Shown in pieces: positions 32,249 through 43,067 of a DNA stretch of 64,000 nt. Each line of letters opens with the position of its first letter. Within the stretch, counting starts at the first letter, position 1. Below the pieces are notes generated by a model that saw nothing but the letters and a program-made list of their open reading frames with translations, searched no databases and was not told the origin of the DNA. This stretch comes from a virus. The translations under genes were made by a program, and so were the position numbers. The DNA lies in the IMG/VR virus record IMGVR_UViG_2563366553_000007; one strand, given 5' to 3'.

Positions 32249-33770
32249 GTAAAGTATGCAAATATTATTGTATTTTTGATATATCATTGAAATTTAAATA
32301 AAAAAGTAAAGTATGCAAATATTATTGTAGTTTTGATAAAAGCAAGTGTTTGCAAACAGTTTAAGCTTTTTTATTTTTTCTTTATAAATCAAAAAAAATT
32401 TTTCGACAATTTTTATAAGCAAAAAAAGCAAAAAAAAACGAAAGTATGCAAATGTTATTGTAGTTTTGAAATCTGAAAAAGAGTTAAAAAGTAAAGTATG
32501 CAAATGTTATTGTAGTTTTATAAAAGACAAAATAAAATCAGTTTAAAATTTCAATGTATTTATTGTTTTTCGACATGTCTGAGCCATTAAATATAAGTAT
32601 TTAATAAAAATCTTATCAACTTACAAAATATAATGTATTTAAAAGTATGCAAATATTATTGTAGTTTTTATATGAAGAGACATTAATATATTATTGGTAC
32701 ATAACAAAAGCTTTAATAGATATCAATTAACACTATAAAAGTATGCAAATACTATTGTAGTTTTTCAGTATAATATATATCTTAATATAAAAATATGTAA
32801 GCACTATTGTAATTTTTTACCATATATATATCTGATAATATGTAGATTCTATTGGATTTTAATTGCAATAAGATAATTAACACTATAAAAGTATGCAGAT
32901 ATTATTGTAGTTTTGGATATAATATATAATTATTAGAATAGAAGTATGTAAATATTGTTGTAATTTTTTGTTATAATACATAATTGATATTACAAAAGTA
33001 TGCAAATATTATTGTAGTTTTAATTACAATACATAATTATTAATATTAAAGTATGCAATTCACATTGTATTTTAATTATGGTAGATAATTATTAATATTA
33101 AAGTATGCAAATATTATTGTAGTTTTTAACATCTAATAATTATTAGTATAAAAGTATGCAAATATTATTGTAGTTTTTAACATCTAATAATTATTAGTAT
33201 AAGAGTATGTAGATATTATTGTAGTTTTTAACATCTAATAATTATTAGTATAAGAGTATGTAGATATTATTGTAGTTTTTAACATTCGATAATTATTAGT
33301 ATAAGAGTATGTAGATATTATTGTAGTTTTTAACATTCGATAATTATTAGTATAAGAGTATGTAGATATTATTGTAGTTTTTAGAATCTAATAATTATTA
33401 GTATAAAAGTATGCAAGTATTATTGTAGTTTTATTAGAATGTATAATTATTACTATGATAGTAAATAATTACCCATAGTATTTTTTAACATCTAATAGTT
33501 ATTAATCTAAAAGTATGCAAGTATTATTGTAGTTTTATTATATACTAATATATAAACATATGGATTATCTTATGCCTCCTGTAATAAGATGTAATTATTA
33601 TCACAAAAGTATGCAAATATTATTGTAGTTTTATTATATACTAATAAAATAGTAGTTTTTAGGGGTATCTACTTTAGGTATGCAAAAATTATTGTAGTTT
33701 ATAAATATTGAATATTTACAAATTACAATATACAATTATAACTAAGTATATTATTGTGATTTTTTTACAT
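32249..33770. repeat. Iteron-like array: about 24 direct copies of a 25-bp box (AAGTATGCAAATATTATTGTAGTTTT), including seven near-identical 53-bp tandem units at 33101-33420
   Basis: Boxes start at about 32251, 32303, 32441, 32491, 32641, 32738, 32795, 32888, 32942, 32997, 33049 and 33101, then every 53-54 bp to 33400. Degenerate copies follow to 33770. All are in one orientation and no ORF lies within the span. Confidence 0.8.
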
Positions 33771-33816
33771 ATATTATGTTAATATATAGAATATAAGATA
33801 CAAATATAAGAAAAAG

Positions 33817-35388
33817 GTGGTTGCTTTGAATAAAGAAAACGCAAGGGAAGATTTTATTTTAATAATGCATGCAATTTATGAGCAAGAAAAATTTAAATTT
33901 ATAACTCAAAAATATTTTGAAGTGCATATGATTAAATCATATGAATCAATTGATGAGATTGCTACAGTTTTTGAAGATTTTTTATCTACAACAATTTCAA
34001 GTAAGTTGGATTTACTAACAACGCCTGCTAAAGCAAAAAAATTGAGAGCTTGGGAAATTTCATCCACTTGGAGGTTAAAACAAAACTGGGTAAAGATGGC
34101 ATTAGATTCTCTGGAGAGCAATAAAGCTGAAGCAAAATTACTAAAAAAAGAATATCTAACAATAAAGGAAGAATTCTTAAAAAATAAAGGTAAAATTAAA
34201 AGTATTGATTTAGAATCTCCAGAACAATTAGTAGAAATGCGAAAAAAAACATTAAAAGAATGGGCTACAGATAGTTCTTATAATATATCAGACTTTCCAT
34301 ATCTATCTGAAATGTCAGATGCTAAGATTAATTCTGCATTTACGCACGATTTGCTTTTATGCATAACTGAGATACTTAAAGAACAATATAAATTTAATAT
34401 AAATAACATAGTATTAACTACCCCAACTAATGTAGTCCCAGGGATTTTTCTTCCTACTTTACGACCTAAACGAAATAAAAATATTGAAATAATTAAAAAT
34501 GATGATAACTCTTTTGAATCTGGTACTTATGGAGCTAAAAACCACACTGGTTCTCAATTAAATATTTCCTACAAATTTAAGATAGATGAGGAAAATAGCC
34601 AAATTGAGAGCTTTAAAATGGAATTATATAATCTTGAGACAGAAGAGAAAGCATTACCAAAACTATCTCTTGATAAAAGAGATCTTGAGATTATTATTTA
34701 CATTGAAAGACTTTTTAATTTGGATACAGCATCTTTTTATCTAAGCGATTTATTAAAACATTTAGGATTAAAATCTCGCACAAAAGCAAATTATGATAAT
34801 GTAAAAAATAGATTGTTGAAGCTTCCTTACTATTCTATCTATAGTAAATCTACAGATGCGTTTGGACAAGTTAAAGAAATGTCTTTCAACTTTTTCAGTT
34901 CAGTTGAAATTTCTCGTAATGAAGGAGAAGGAGATATCGTAAAGGGAAGAGATATAGTAAAGGTAAAAAGATCTGTTTCACCTGACATGGAACGAATGTC
35001 AACAGATATTATGTATGAAAATGAATTAAAAAAAATAAAGTTGCAACAATCTATTAATCTTGCTTACTTCCTCGAAGGAAGAAGAAATTATCTAATCAGA
35101 AGTGGTGAAGATTTACAAAATAAGAAATATAGATTTACAATTGATCATTTGAAATATGAAGTACATTTAAGTGGAAAAAATAGTCTTAAGAAAAATATGA
35201 ATTATTTAGAACTTGGTTTCAATGAGATAATGGAGAATCAATTCATCATAAAGGATTATATACGAGGAGAAGACTTCTTTGATGTCGTTTTCTATGAAAA
35301 TAACGAAAAACAAAAATGCTTATTAAATACTATTCTTGGGTCTTTGCCTGATTATATTATTAATAATATAAGAGTAGCTCAATCTTAA
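33817..35388 (+). CDS. Hypothetical protein, candidate iteron-binding initiator
   Basis: The 523-aa ORF starts about 50 bp after the last degenerate box. No known motif was recognised. Confidence 0.5.
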   Translation: MVALNKENAREDFILIMHAIYEQEKFKFITQKYFEVHMIKSYESIDEIATVFEDFLSTTISSKLDLLTTPAKAKKLRAWEISSTWRLKQNWVKMALDSLESNKAEAKLLKKEYLTIKEEFLKNKGKIKSIDLESPEQLVEMRKKTLKEWATDSSYNISDFPYLSEMSDAKINSAFTHDLLLCITEILKEQYKFNINNIVLTTPTNVVPGIFLPTLRPKRNKNIEIIKNDDNSFESGTYGAKNHTGSQLNISYKFKIDEENSQIESFKMELYNLETEEKALPKLSLDKRDLEIIIYIERLFNLDTASFYLSDLLKHLGLKSRTKANYDNVKNRLLKLPYYSIYSKSTDAFGQVKEMSFNFFSSVEISRNEGEGDIVKGRDIVKVKRSVSPDMERMSTDIMYENELKKIKLQQSINLAYFLEGRRNYLIRSGEDLQNKKYRFTIDHLKYEVHLSGKNSLKKNMNYLELGFNEIMENQFIIKDYIRGEDFFDVVFYENNEKQKCLLNTILGSLPDYIINNIRVAQS

Positions 35389-35406
35389 GATTGAGCTACT
35401 CTTATA
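35368..35406. terminator. Bidirectional terminator
   Basis: The hairpin is AGAGTAGCTCAATCTTAAGATTGAGCTACTCT. Confidence 0.5.
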
Positions 35407-35412
35407 TATCTG

Positions 35413-35934
35413 TTATTTTAAAAATCCTTCAATTAGTTCATACTGACCATTTTTATTTAAATGTATTAAAGACATTATAAAATTTTGATTATAAAATAAA
35501 AAATAAGAGTATCCAAGTAATTCCATCTGAAGAAAAGCTTCTTCCTCAGACATAGGCTTTAATTTTATTTGTTTTCTTTTTATATCCTCTTTTTTTTGCT
35601 TATTAGTAGTTTTAATAACTTTTTTAAAAGGAATATTATTAGAATCAACATTTAAATTCATGTGATATATTTTATATAATTTTCTCTTTAAACGATTTGT
35701 AATTTTTTCTAATGATGAAAAAAAATCTCCTGAAACTTCATTCATTTTTATGATTTTTTTGTTGTATTCTAATAATAATTCTATCTTATAGCTTAATTTA
35801 TTTTGTTCAACTGTAATTTTTATATAGTCATTTTCTTTTAAAAATACTTCTAAAAAATTTAGTTTTTGATGAATGGCTAATTCGATATCTTTACTTATTT
35901 CTTTGTTATGTTTTTTTATGATTTTTATATCCAT
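35413..35934 (-). CDS. hpf: Ribosome hibernation promoting factor, long form (HPF/RaiA family)
   Basis: The N-terminal RaiA-like domain is MDIKIIKKHN...ELAIHQKL...KITVE. The C-terminal dimerisation domain, EEEAFLQMELLGYSYFLFYNQ...GQYELIEG, is characteristic of Firmicute long HPF. Confidence 0.7.
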   Translation of the reverse strand: MDIKIIKKHNKEISKDIELAIHQKLNFLEVFLKENDYIKITVEQNKLSYKIELLLEYNKKIIKMNEVSGDFFSSLEKITNRLKRKLYKIYHMNLNVDSNNIPFKKVIKTTNKQKKEDIKRKQIKLKPMSEEEAFLQMELLGYSYFLFYNQNFIMSLIHLNKNGQYELIEGFLK

Positions 35935-36067
35935 AAGTCCTCCTAAAAAAGAAAATATTATTTAAATAATATAATCTCTAACAATTTATAGTATAAATAA
36001 TATATTTATATTATTTATACTATAATATATAAAATAAAATAAAATATAATCAAAAATAATGAATAAT

Positions 36068-36493
36068 CTATTCTTTAATTTTATCTAATGAATATTTAAA
36101 AGTATATTCAGACGCAGGATAGAGTTCTATCTCTACTCGTGGGTTTTCTTTGTCTATAAAATCCATAATGACTACAGGTTTTAATAATTTATCATTTTTT
36201 ATTATTCCACTTTTTTCAATACCATCACAAATACTCTTTGGGTAGTTGTGTATATCTCTATTTCTCTTATCTGGAAAATATAATTTAATAACTGTTGTCA
36301 AATTCTCATTAAATTTATTATTTTTGTATTTAGAAGTAGAAATTGCTTTTACTGAACTCCAAGAAACTAATTCTTCATATTCTCTAAATTTTGAATACTT
36401 CCCCTTAGCTGGCATTATGGGCTTTCCGTTTTTCCCTGAGATTTTAAAATTTGATTTACTAATTGGTTTCCCTGTGACAACTATTTTTAACAT
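36068..36493 (-). CDS. rusA: RusA-family Holliday junction resolvase
   Basis: The protein is about 140 aa with an acidic catalytic cluster (DKRNRDIHNY...DGIEKSGIIKND) matching the RusA pattern. Confidence 0.65.
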   Translation of the reverse strand: MLKIVVTGKPISKSNFKISGKNGKPIMPAKGKYSKFREYEELVSWSSVKAISTSKYKNNKFNENLTTVIKLYFPDKRNRDIHNYPKSICDGIEKSGIIKNDKLLKPVVIMDFIDKENPRVEIELYPASEYTFKYSLDKIKE

Positions 36494-36496
36494 TAA

Positions 36497-37168
36497 TTAT
36501 ATCTGTAATATATTATTTTTGGATTTTCTTATGAATCTGTATTTAATTTCAACAGATTCATTTAAAGTTTCTAAATCAAATATCTCTCTACCATTACAAT
36601 AGTCACAGTCCACATAAGCGAAGTCATCTTCTCCTAAAGAAAAAATATCTTTCATTTTATTAAATTTCTTTTCAGATATACTGAGTTTAGATTCTCCACA
36701 AAGACATTTTAAATTAAATATTTTTTCTAACATGCCTGAATCGTATAAAAAATTTATAATTTTTGTATTAATTTTATTAGGGGTTTGTAATTCTAAAAAA
36801 GCAAAGTTTGGTATAATTATTTTATTTTCATATTTTGTTAAAAGCTCATCCAATTTAATTTTAATATCTTCATTTAAAAAAGTAATGTTATTAATTTCAG
36901 GATAATTATGAATTTTATTTAATTCTGGATAAAATTCTTTAGTTTTTTTAATTAATATTTTTTTAATTTGATTTAGTTTTTGAGAACTAACTCTATGTTT
37001 TATGCAATCATATAGTTTTTTTACTTCAGTGTGAGGTAAACAACCTAACTCTTCTAAATCTATATTTTCATTAAGTTTTTTTACTTCAAGGTATTTACTA
37101 TCAACCAACTTAGATAAGTAAGAAAACTCTTCGTTTTTTTCTAAAATTAATTCTATATTTAGTTTCAA
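36497..37168 (-). CDS. Hypothetical protein with C-terminal zinc-ribbon-like Cys pairs
   Basis: The Cys pairs are CLCGESK...CDYCNG. Confidence 0.4.
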   Translation of the reverse strand: MKLNIELILEKNEEFSYLSKLVDSKYLEVKKLNENIDLEELGCLPHTEVKKLYDCIKHRVSSQKLNQIKKILIKKTKEFYPELNKIHNYPEINNITFLNEDIKIKLDELLTKYENKIIIPNFAFLELQTPNKINTKIINFLYDSGMLEKIFNLKCLCGESKLSISEKKFNKMKDIFSLGEDDFAYVDCDYCNGREIFDLETLNESVEIKYRFIRKSKNNILQI

Positions 37169-37450
37169 ATTATTATACAGTCGCTATATATTATTAATAG
37201 CGATTTTCTCCTTTCAAATTAAAAATATTTATATAATATAAGTTTTTTATAATTATAAAAACTTTTATTTATATTAAAGTAAATGTTTTATCTATAAATA
37301 AAGTATAATACTTGCATTTAATATAGTCAACAAATAAAAGGTTTTTTATAAATAATATAAAAAATTTTATAAAATATCTTAATTGTATATATAATGAATA
37401 TGAAAAAGTAAGTATTATATATATAAATTAAAAAAGGGAGGATTTTTTAT

Positions 37451-40045
37451 ATGTTAAGATTTTTAGTTTTGGGAGATTGGCATTATTCAAGTAAAACTCC
37501 ATGGAGTAGAATCGATGATTTTAAAGATACAAGACAGAAAAAGACGAAAGAAATAATGGAAATAGCAAATAAATATAAAATAGATGCTTTTCTGGAAATG
37601 GGAGATTTCCTTAATTCAGATAGATTATCAGAACAGGAACTTGCCTCTTTAGCTAAAGACTTTAAGTTCTCTCAATTAAATAATAAAATACTGCAAATGA
37701 AAACAGGGGAGACAACTTTTAGAGAAATAGAACAAGATCTAAAAAGTTCTATTCCTGTTATTGGAACAATAGGAAACCATGAATTAATAGGGAATGAAAT
37801 CTCTTCTTTAGAAGAGACATCTTTAAATGTTTTAATTAGTTGTGGAGCTATAACAATTGCAACTAAAGAAAATCCAGTTATTTTTAAGGATAAAGAAGGT
37901 TTTTCTTTAGCAATAACCGGAGCTCCTTATACTCATAACATAGATGGAGAAGATAAATCTGCTTATATCGTTAATAAAAAGTTGGGAGATTTTCACATCC
38001 ATCTTGTACATGGATACTTAATGCCTAAAAGTTATGGTAAGAAATTTAAACATACGGTTGTTTCTCAAATAGCTCACACTAAAGCAGATTTGACAATAAA
38101 TGGACATGATCATACTGGCTACGATGAAATTGATATTAATGGGAAGAAATTTATTAATCCAGGTTCTCCATTTCGATTATCAGCGGAGCTTAAAGAGATT
38201 AATCGTATGCCAAAAGTTATTTTAATAGAAGTAGATAAAAATGGAATAAATTTAAAACCAATTTTTTTATCCTGTGCTAAAAAGGGAAGTGAAGTTTTAT
38301 CAAGAGAGAAAATAGCTAAAAAAGAAAAAAAATTAGAAAAAATAGAAGATGTAAAAAGCTTAATGAATAAAGCAGAGTTAGCCAAAGGGATAGATATAGT
38401 TGATATAGTAAAAAACATTGCAAAAAATAAAAATATAGATGATAGCATAAGAGATCAAGCTGTTAATAATATTGTAGAAAATATAAAGCTTATGAAAGTC
38501 CCTTTTTCTTCGAAAGGGAAATACACCATAACTGAATTAGAAATTATTAATTTTGCTTGTTTTAAACATGCTGTGTTTGAATTTTCGGAAGGGTTAAACG
38601 TTGTATCTGGAGTAAGTGGTCAAGGTAAATCAGCGGTACTTAGAGCAATAAGAGAAGTGTATGATTGTTATATTAAAAATCCAAGAAATCATATTTTAAG
38701 TGGAGAGGACTTTTTTAAAATAACATTATATTTAAGTAATGGGTTTGTAATTAGTAGGATAGTAGAAAACAATGAAGATAAAAATGGGAATAAAAGAAAA
38801 GGGAAAAATGGATATGAAATATTTGATCCAAACAAAGGTTGTATAGAATATTTTAATACAAAAGCAATAACAACAGTTCAAGAGATTTTAGGATTTAACA
38901 AAGTCAAATTATCTGAGAAAAGTAGTGTTGATGTAAATTTTATTAATCAAGGTGATCCTTGGTTCTTCGTTGGTAAAAATATGTCTTCTACAGATAAAGC
39001 AAAATTGGTAGGGAGTTTATATGGAACGCAATATGGAGATGTAGTAGTAAAAGAAATGACTTCAAATATAAAAAAAATAAATATGAAAAAAAATGTGATT
39101 GAAAAAGAAGTAAGTGAATTAGAAGAAAGAAAAGAAAGCTATAATTATGTTTTTAAATTAGAAGAAAATATTTATAAGGTAGAGAGTATTTTAAATGAGA
39201 TTAAATTAAAAAAAGAGTTAATAGAGAAGTTATCTAAATTTTCTCTTGAGTTAATAGAAAAAGAAAGAAGTATAAGTGAATTAGAAAAGAAAGTGTTAAA
39301 GCTAACTGAAAATAAAGAAAAAATTACAGATATGTTTGAACTGTTAACTAATAAGTTCTTTAAAATAAAAATTCTTGAAGAAAAATCTGCTGAACTTACT
39401 AAAGTGTTAAAATTAGGAACAGAATTAAGAGGAAAAGTAGAGGAATTAAAAGAAATCGATAAAGCACCTTTATTAATGTCCAACCTAAAAGACTCTTATG
39501 AGAAAATAGGATTAGAAGAAAAAAAATTATATGAATACAAAAAGATTGAAAGTGAAAAAACAAATATATACAAAAAGTATAAATATTTAAAAAAACAATA
39601 TAATGTTTTATTGGATATAGAAAAACAAATTAATAAAATTGAAGATTTAAAAAGTATAAATGAGACAATAAAAGAAAAATCTAAAAAGTTAAAGGATATA
39701 TATATATTAGAGGAAGAGTTTAAAAATATAAAAAATAGAATAGATAAATTTAATTCAATTAGATACAAATTAAATGACATTGAGGATATTGAGCTTAAGT
39801 TAAGTAATTTAAAAGAACAAAAAGAGAAGATAAAAATAATTGAAAAACAAAAAGAAGAATTAAATATAATATTCAATCAAGGAAAAGAAATGAAACATAA
39901 TATTGAGCAAAAAAAGGAATATCTAATAAATAAAATAGAAATATATAAAAAACTTTTGTTAGAAGTTGAAACATGCCCTATTTGCCACGCTAAAATAGAT
40001 AAAATAGTAGTAAACTCTATAATTAACAATCTGATTAATTTCTAA
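37451..40045 (+). CDS. SbcD/Mre11-like phosphoesterase fused to SbcC/Rad50-like N-terminal half (Walker A, coiled coil, CxxC hook)
   Basis: The RBS is AAGGGAGG. The N-terminal calcineurin-like motifs are VLGDWHY, GNHE and GHDHTG. An SbcC-like P-loop, NFACFKHAVFEFSEGLNVVSGVSGQGKSAVLRAI, follows. About 400 aa of coiled coil ends in CPICHAKID at the extreme C-terminus. Confidence 0.65.
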   Translation: MLRFLVLGDWHYSSKTPWSRIDDFKDTRQKKTKEIMEIANKYKIDAFLEMGDFLNSDRLSEQELASLAKDFKFSQLNNKILQMKTGETTFREIEQDLKSSIPVIGTIGNHELIGNEISSLEETSLNVLISCGAITIATKENPVIFKDKEGFSLAITGAPYTHNIDGEDKSAYIVNKKLGDFHIHLVHGYLMPKSYGKKFKHTVVSQIAHTKADLTINGHDHTGYDEIDINGKKFINPGSPFRLSAELKEINRMPKVILIEVDKNGINLKPIFLSCAKKGSEVLSREKIAKKEKKLEKIEDVKSLMNKAELAKGIDIVDIVKNIAKNKNIDDSIRDQAVNNIVENIKLMKVPFSSKGKYTITELEIINFACFKHAVFEFSEGLNVVSGVSGQGKSAVLRAIREVYDCYIKNPRNHILSGEDFFKITLYLSNGFVISRIVENNEDKNGNKRKGKNGYEIFDPNKGCIEYFNTKAITTVQEILGFNKVKLSEKSSVDVNFINQGDPWFFVGKNMSSTDKAKLVGSLYGTQYGDVVVKEMTSNIKKINMKKNVIEKEVSELEERKESYNYVFKLEENIYKVESILNEIKLKKELIEKLSKFSLELIEKERSISELEKKVLKLTENKEKITDMFELLTNKFFKIKILEEKSAELTKVLKLGTELRGKVEELKEIDKAPLLMSNLKDSYEKIGLEEKKLYEYKKIESEKTNIYKKYKYLKKQYNVLLDIEKQINKIEDLKSINETIKEKSKKLKDIYILEEEFKNIKNRIDKFNSIRYKLNDIEDIELKLSNLKEQKEKIKIIEKQKEELNIIFNQGKEMKHNIEQKKEYLINKIEIYKKLLLEVETCPICHAKIDKIVVNSIINNLINF

Positions 40046-40090
40046 AAAAGATACTGATAATAACTAAATTATTATCAGTATCTTTTTTAG
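40044..40090 (+). terminator. Rho-independent terminator
   Basis: The hairpin is AAAAAGATACTGATAATAACTAAATTATTATCAGTATCTTTTTT. Confidence 0.6.
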
Positions 40091-40462
40091 AAAAATATAA
40101 GTAATAAAATTATAGAGATTTATGAATATGCATAATATATTGTAAGAAATTAAAAAATTTAATTTTCTGCCTTAATAAAGGGCTTTACTAAGTGTAAAAT
40201 ATTAACTGGAGGTATTTCTAAATGGAATTTTTAATAAGACCTATGAAATTGAAGTTAGTAAATAAATATGTAATCCCCTAAGTTTATATAGGGGACCGTA
40301 TTGCCTGGGGAACCAGGCGATATCCTTAAAAAAGGAATACCTACTTTTGTAGGTATTTTTTATATATTTTTTTATGTTTAGATTTTTGTTAAAATATGTT
40401 ATATTAATTATAAAAATATATTGATTATATAAAATATATTATTTAAAAAGGAGTAGAGAATA

Positions 40463-43067
40463 TTGAGTAAAAAAAATAAAAAAATAAAAATTATTATTAT
40501 ATCTATTTTTATTTTTTTAATTATATCTCTTATAGCTTCCATTTTCATATACCTTTATTTAAAAAATGACATTAGTAACTATATAGAAAGAGCTTATAGT
40601 AAAACTGAAAGTATGGATAGGAATTCTTTTAATAACAGGGAAACAACAAAGATATATGATAATAATGGTAAATTACTGAAAGAGTTTAAGGTTAGAGAAT
40701 ATGATTATCAGAAATATAAAGATATAAACCCATATGTTTTTAAAGCTTTCATTGCAGTAGAGGATAAACGGTTTTATGAACATAACGGCATTGATTTTAA
40801 GGCTTTAATTAGGGCAGGAGTGGTTATATTAAAAGGTGGTAGCCTTCAAGGAGGTTCTACAATAACCCAGCAATTAGCAAAAAACATATTCTTATCTATG
40901 GATAGAAATATATGGAGGAAACTTGAGGAAGCAGTAATAGCTCAAGAAATAGAAAAAAAATTTTACAAAAAGTGATATATTAGAATTTTATGTTAATAAT
41001 ATTAATTTTGGCCATGGGTGTTATTCGGTAGAAACAGCATCAATGTATTATTTTGGAAAAAATACAAAAGATTTAAATGTATCTCAAATAGCTTTATTAG
41101 CTGGGATTCCAAATAATCCTTCTTTATATGATCCAATGTTAAATAAAGAAAATGCTATAAAACGAAGAAATAATATAATTGATAAAATGTATGAATCTAA
41201 ATTTATAACAGAAAAAGAACAATTAAATGCAAAAAAAGAAATACTTGAGTTAAATGTCAAAAAAAAATATTATGATAATAATATTAATGATTATGCTGTT
41301 GAGTATGCAATACAAAAATCTACTGAAGAAATTATGAAAAATAATGGTTTTCAATTCAGATATATGTTTGACAATGAAGAGCAAAGAAAAAAATACTCAA
41401 ATCTATACTCTTCAGAATATAAAAAATGCAGAGAAGAACTACTTAATGGTGGATATAAAATTAATACTTGTATTAATTTCGATTTACAGAATAAGCTTCA
41501 GTCTATTATAAATAAGGAAATGATTAAATATAAAAAAATAAATAAATCTAATAGTTTGTATATGAAACAATCTGCTTCTACTGTTATTGATAACAACACT
41601 GGAGAAGTAATAGCAATAGTTGGAGGTAGGACTCAAGAAGGCAAATCAAACACATTTAATAGAGCTTCTATAGGAGCAAGACAACCTGGATCAACTATGA
41701 AGCCTTTGATTTCGTATTTACCTGCATTTGAAAAAGGATATTCTCCAGATGACGAGTTTGAAGATAGACCAATTAATAAAGGTCCTTCTAACTGGTATAA
41801 TGGATATAAAGGACGTATAACCTTGAGATATGCTACTGAGATTTCTACAAATACTATACCATTTAGGTTAACTAAACTAAATGGAGTTGAGAAATCTCTC
41901 AAATATTTAGCTAAAATGAATTTTAAATATCTAACTTCAACAGACAGAACGCCTACTATAGCTTTAGGAGGGTTAACAAGAGGAGCGACGACAACTGAAA
42001 TGGCAAGTGCATATTCAACAATTGCAAGGAATGGAGAATTTATAGAACCTACAAATGTAAAAGAAATTAAAAAAATTTCAACTGGAGAAATTATCTACAA
42101 AAATAATAAAAATAAAAAAAGGGTATATGATTCAGGCGCATCTTATTTAATGACAGACGTTTTGAAAGGTAGTATTGAAAAAGAACATGGAACTTCACAT
42201 AAAGCTAAGCTTAATAATTATAAATACCAAGCTGGTAAAACAGGAACAACAAATGATAATAAAGATGCTTGGTTTTGTGGATATACTCCTTATTATACCA
42301 TGTCTGTATGGATAGGAGATGACATTCCTTCATACCAATCTTCATTAGAGTCAAATTCAGTTAAATATATATGGAATAAATTTATGAGTGGACTTCATGA
42401 AGGTAAAGAAGATGTAGATTTTAAAAAGCCAGATCAGGTTTATAGTAAAAATGGTAAGTTAAAGACATTAGGACCTCAAGAATTCGCAATTAAAAAAGAG
42501 AGATTAGATCTTGAAAAAAATAGAAAGAATAATGAAGCTGAAGTTCAAAAAGAGAGATTAAAAGAATTAGAATACAGAATTATATTTGGTTTAAGTGAAG
42601 AAGAAGAGACTATTAGAGAAATAAAAGCTAAAAATGATATAGAAAGTTTAAGAGAATATAAATTAATTGATTTAAAACAAGTAAAAGAAATAGATAAAAT
42701 TCTTTTAAAAGTAAAAAATAGTATAAATAATGTAAAAAGAAAATCTATATATGATGAGCTTATAGAAGAATATAGATTTTTAAATGATAATTTTAATGAA
42801 ATTAAGGAACAATTAAATAGGGAAAAAAGAGAAGAAGAATATTTAAAAGAGAAAAAAGAGAGAGAATATCAAGAAAAAATTAAGAATCAGATTAAAAATA
42901 ATGTCCAAGAGAATGTAGAAAAAGATACATCAATTAAAAATGAAGATTTAAATAATGAATTAAACAATGAATCAGATAATGAAAGTAACAACACTGAGGA
43001 CAGCCAAGAAAATAACAATAATAAAAATGATGATACTGAAACTAATAATAATGAAAATAAAGTTTAA
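40463..43067 (+). CDS. Class A penicillin-binding protein (GT51 transglycosylase + transpeptidase), frameshifted at A8T4 run about 40953-40964
   Basis: The GT51 motifs EDKRFYEHNGID and GGSTITQQLAKN lie in ORF 40463..40975. Continuation of the GT51 domain (DILEFYVNNINFGHG) lies in the next frame, followed by the transpeptidase motifs STMKP and KTGTTND in ORF 41043..43067. The tail is Asn/Asp-rich. Confidence 0.8.

Noticed and set aside
32249-33770. A CRISPR array, from the regularly spaced about 25-bp repeats with about 28-bp intervening segments
   Set aside because: The intervening segments in the regular part are identical to each other. The repeats themselves are variable and degenerate. 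There are no cas genes. It behaves as iterons or a tandem satellite, not repeat-spacer units.
40274-40318. A confident c-di-AMP riboswitch call
   Set aside because: I can recall only the general GGGGA-rich pseudo-symmetric character of that class and cannot align to a consensus without a covariance model. I downgraded it to a generic structured-leader finding.
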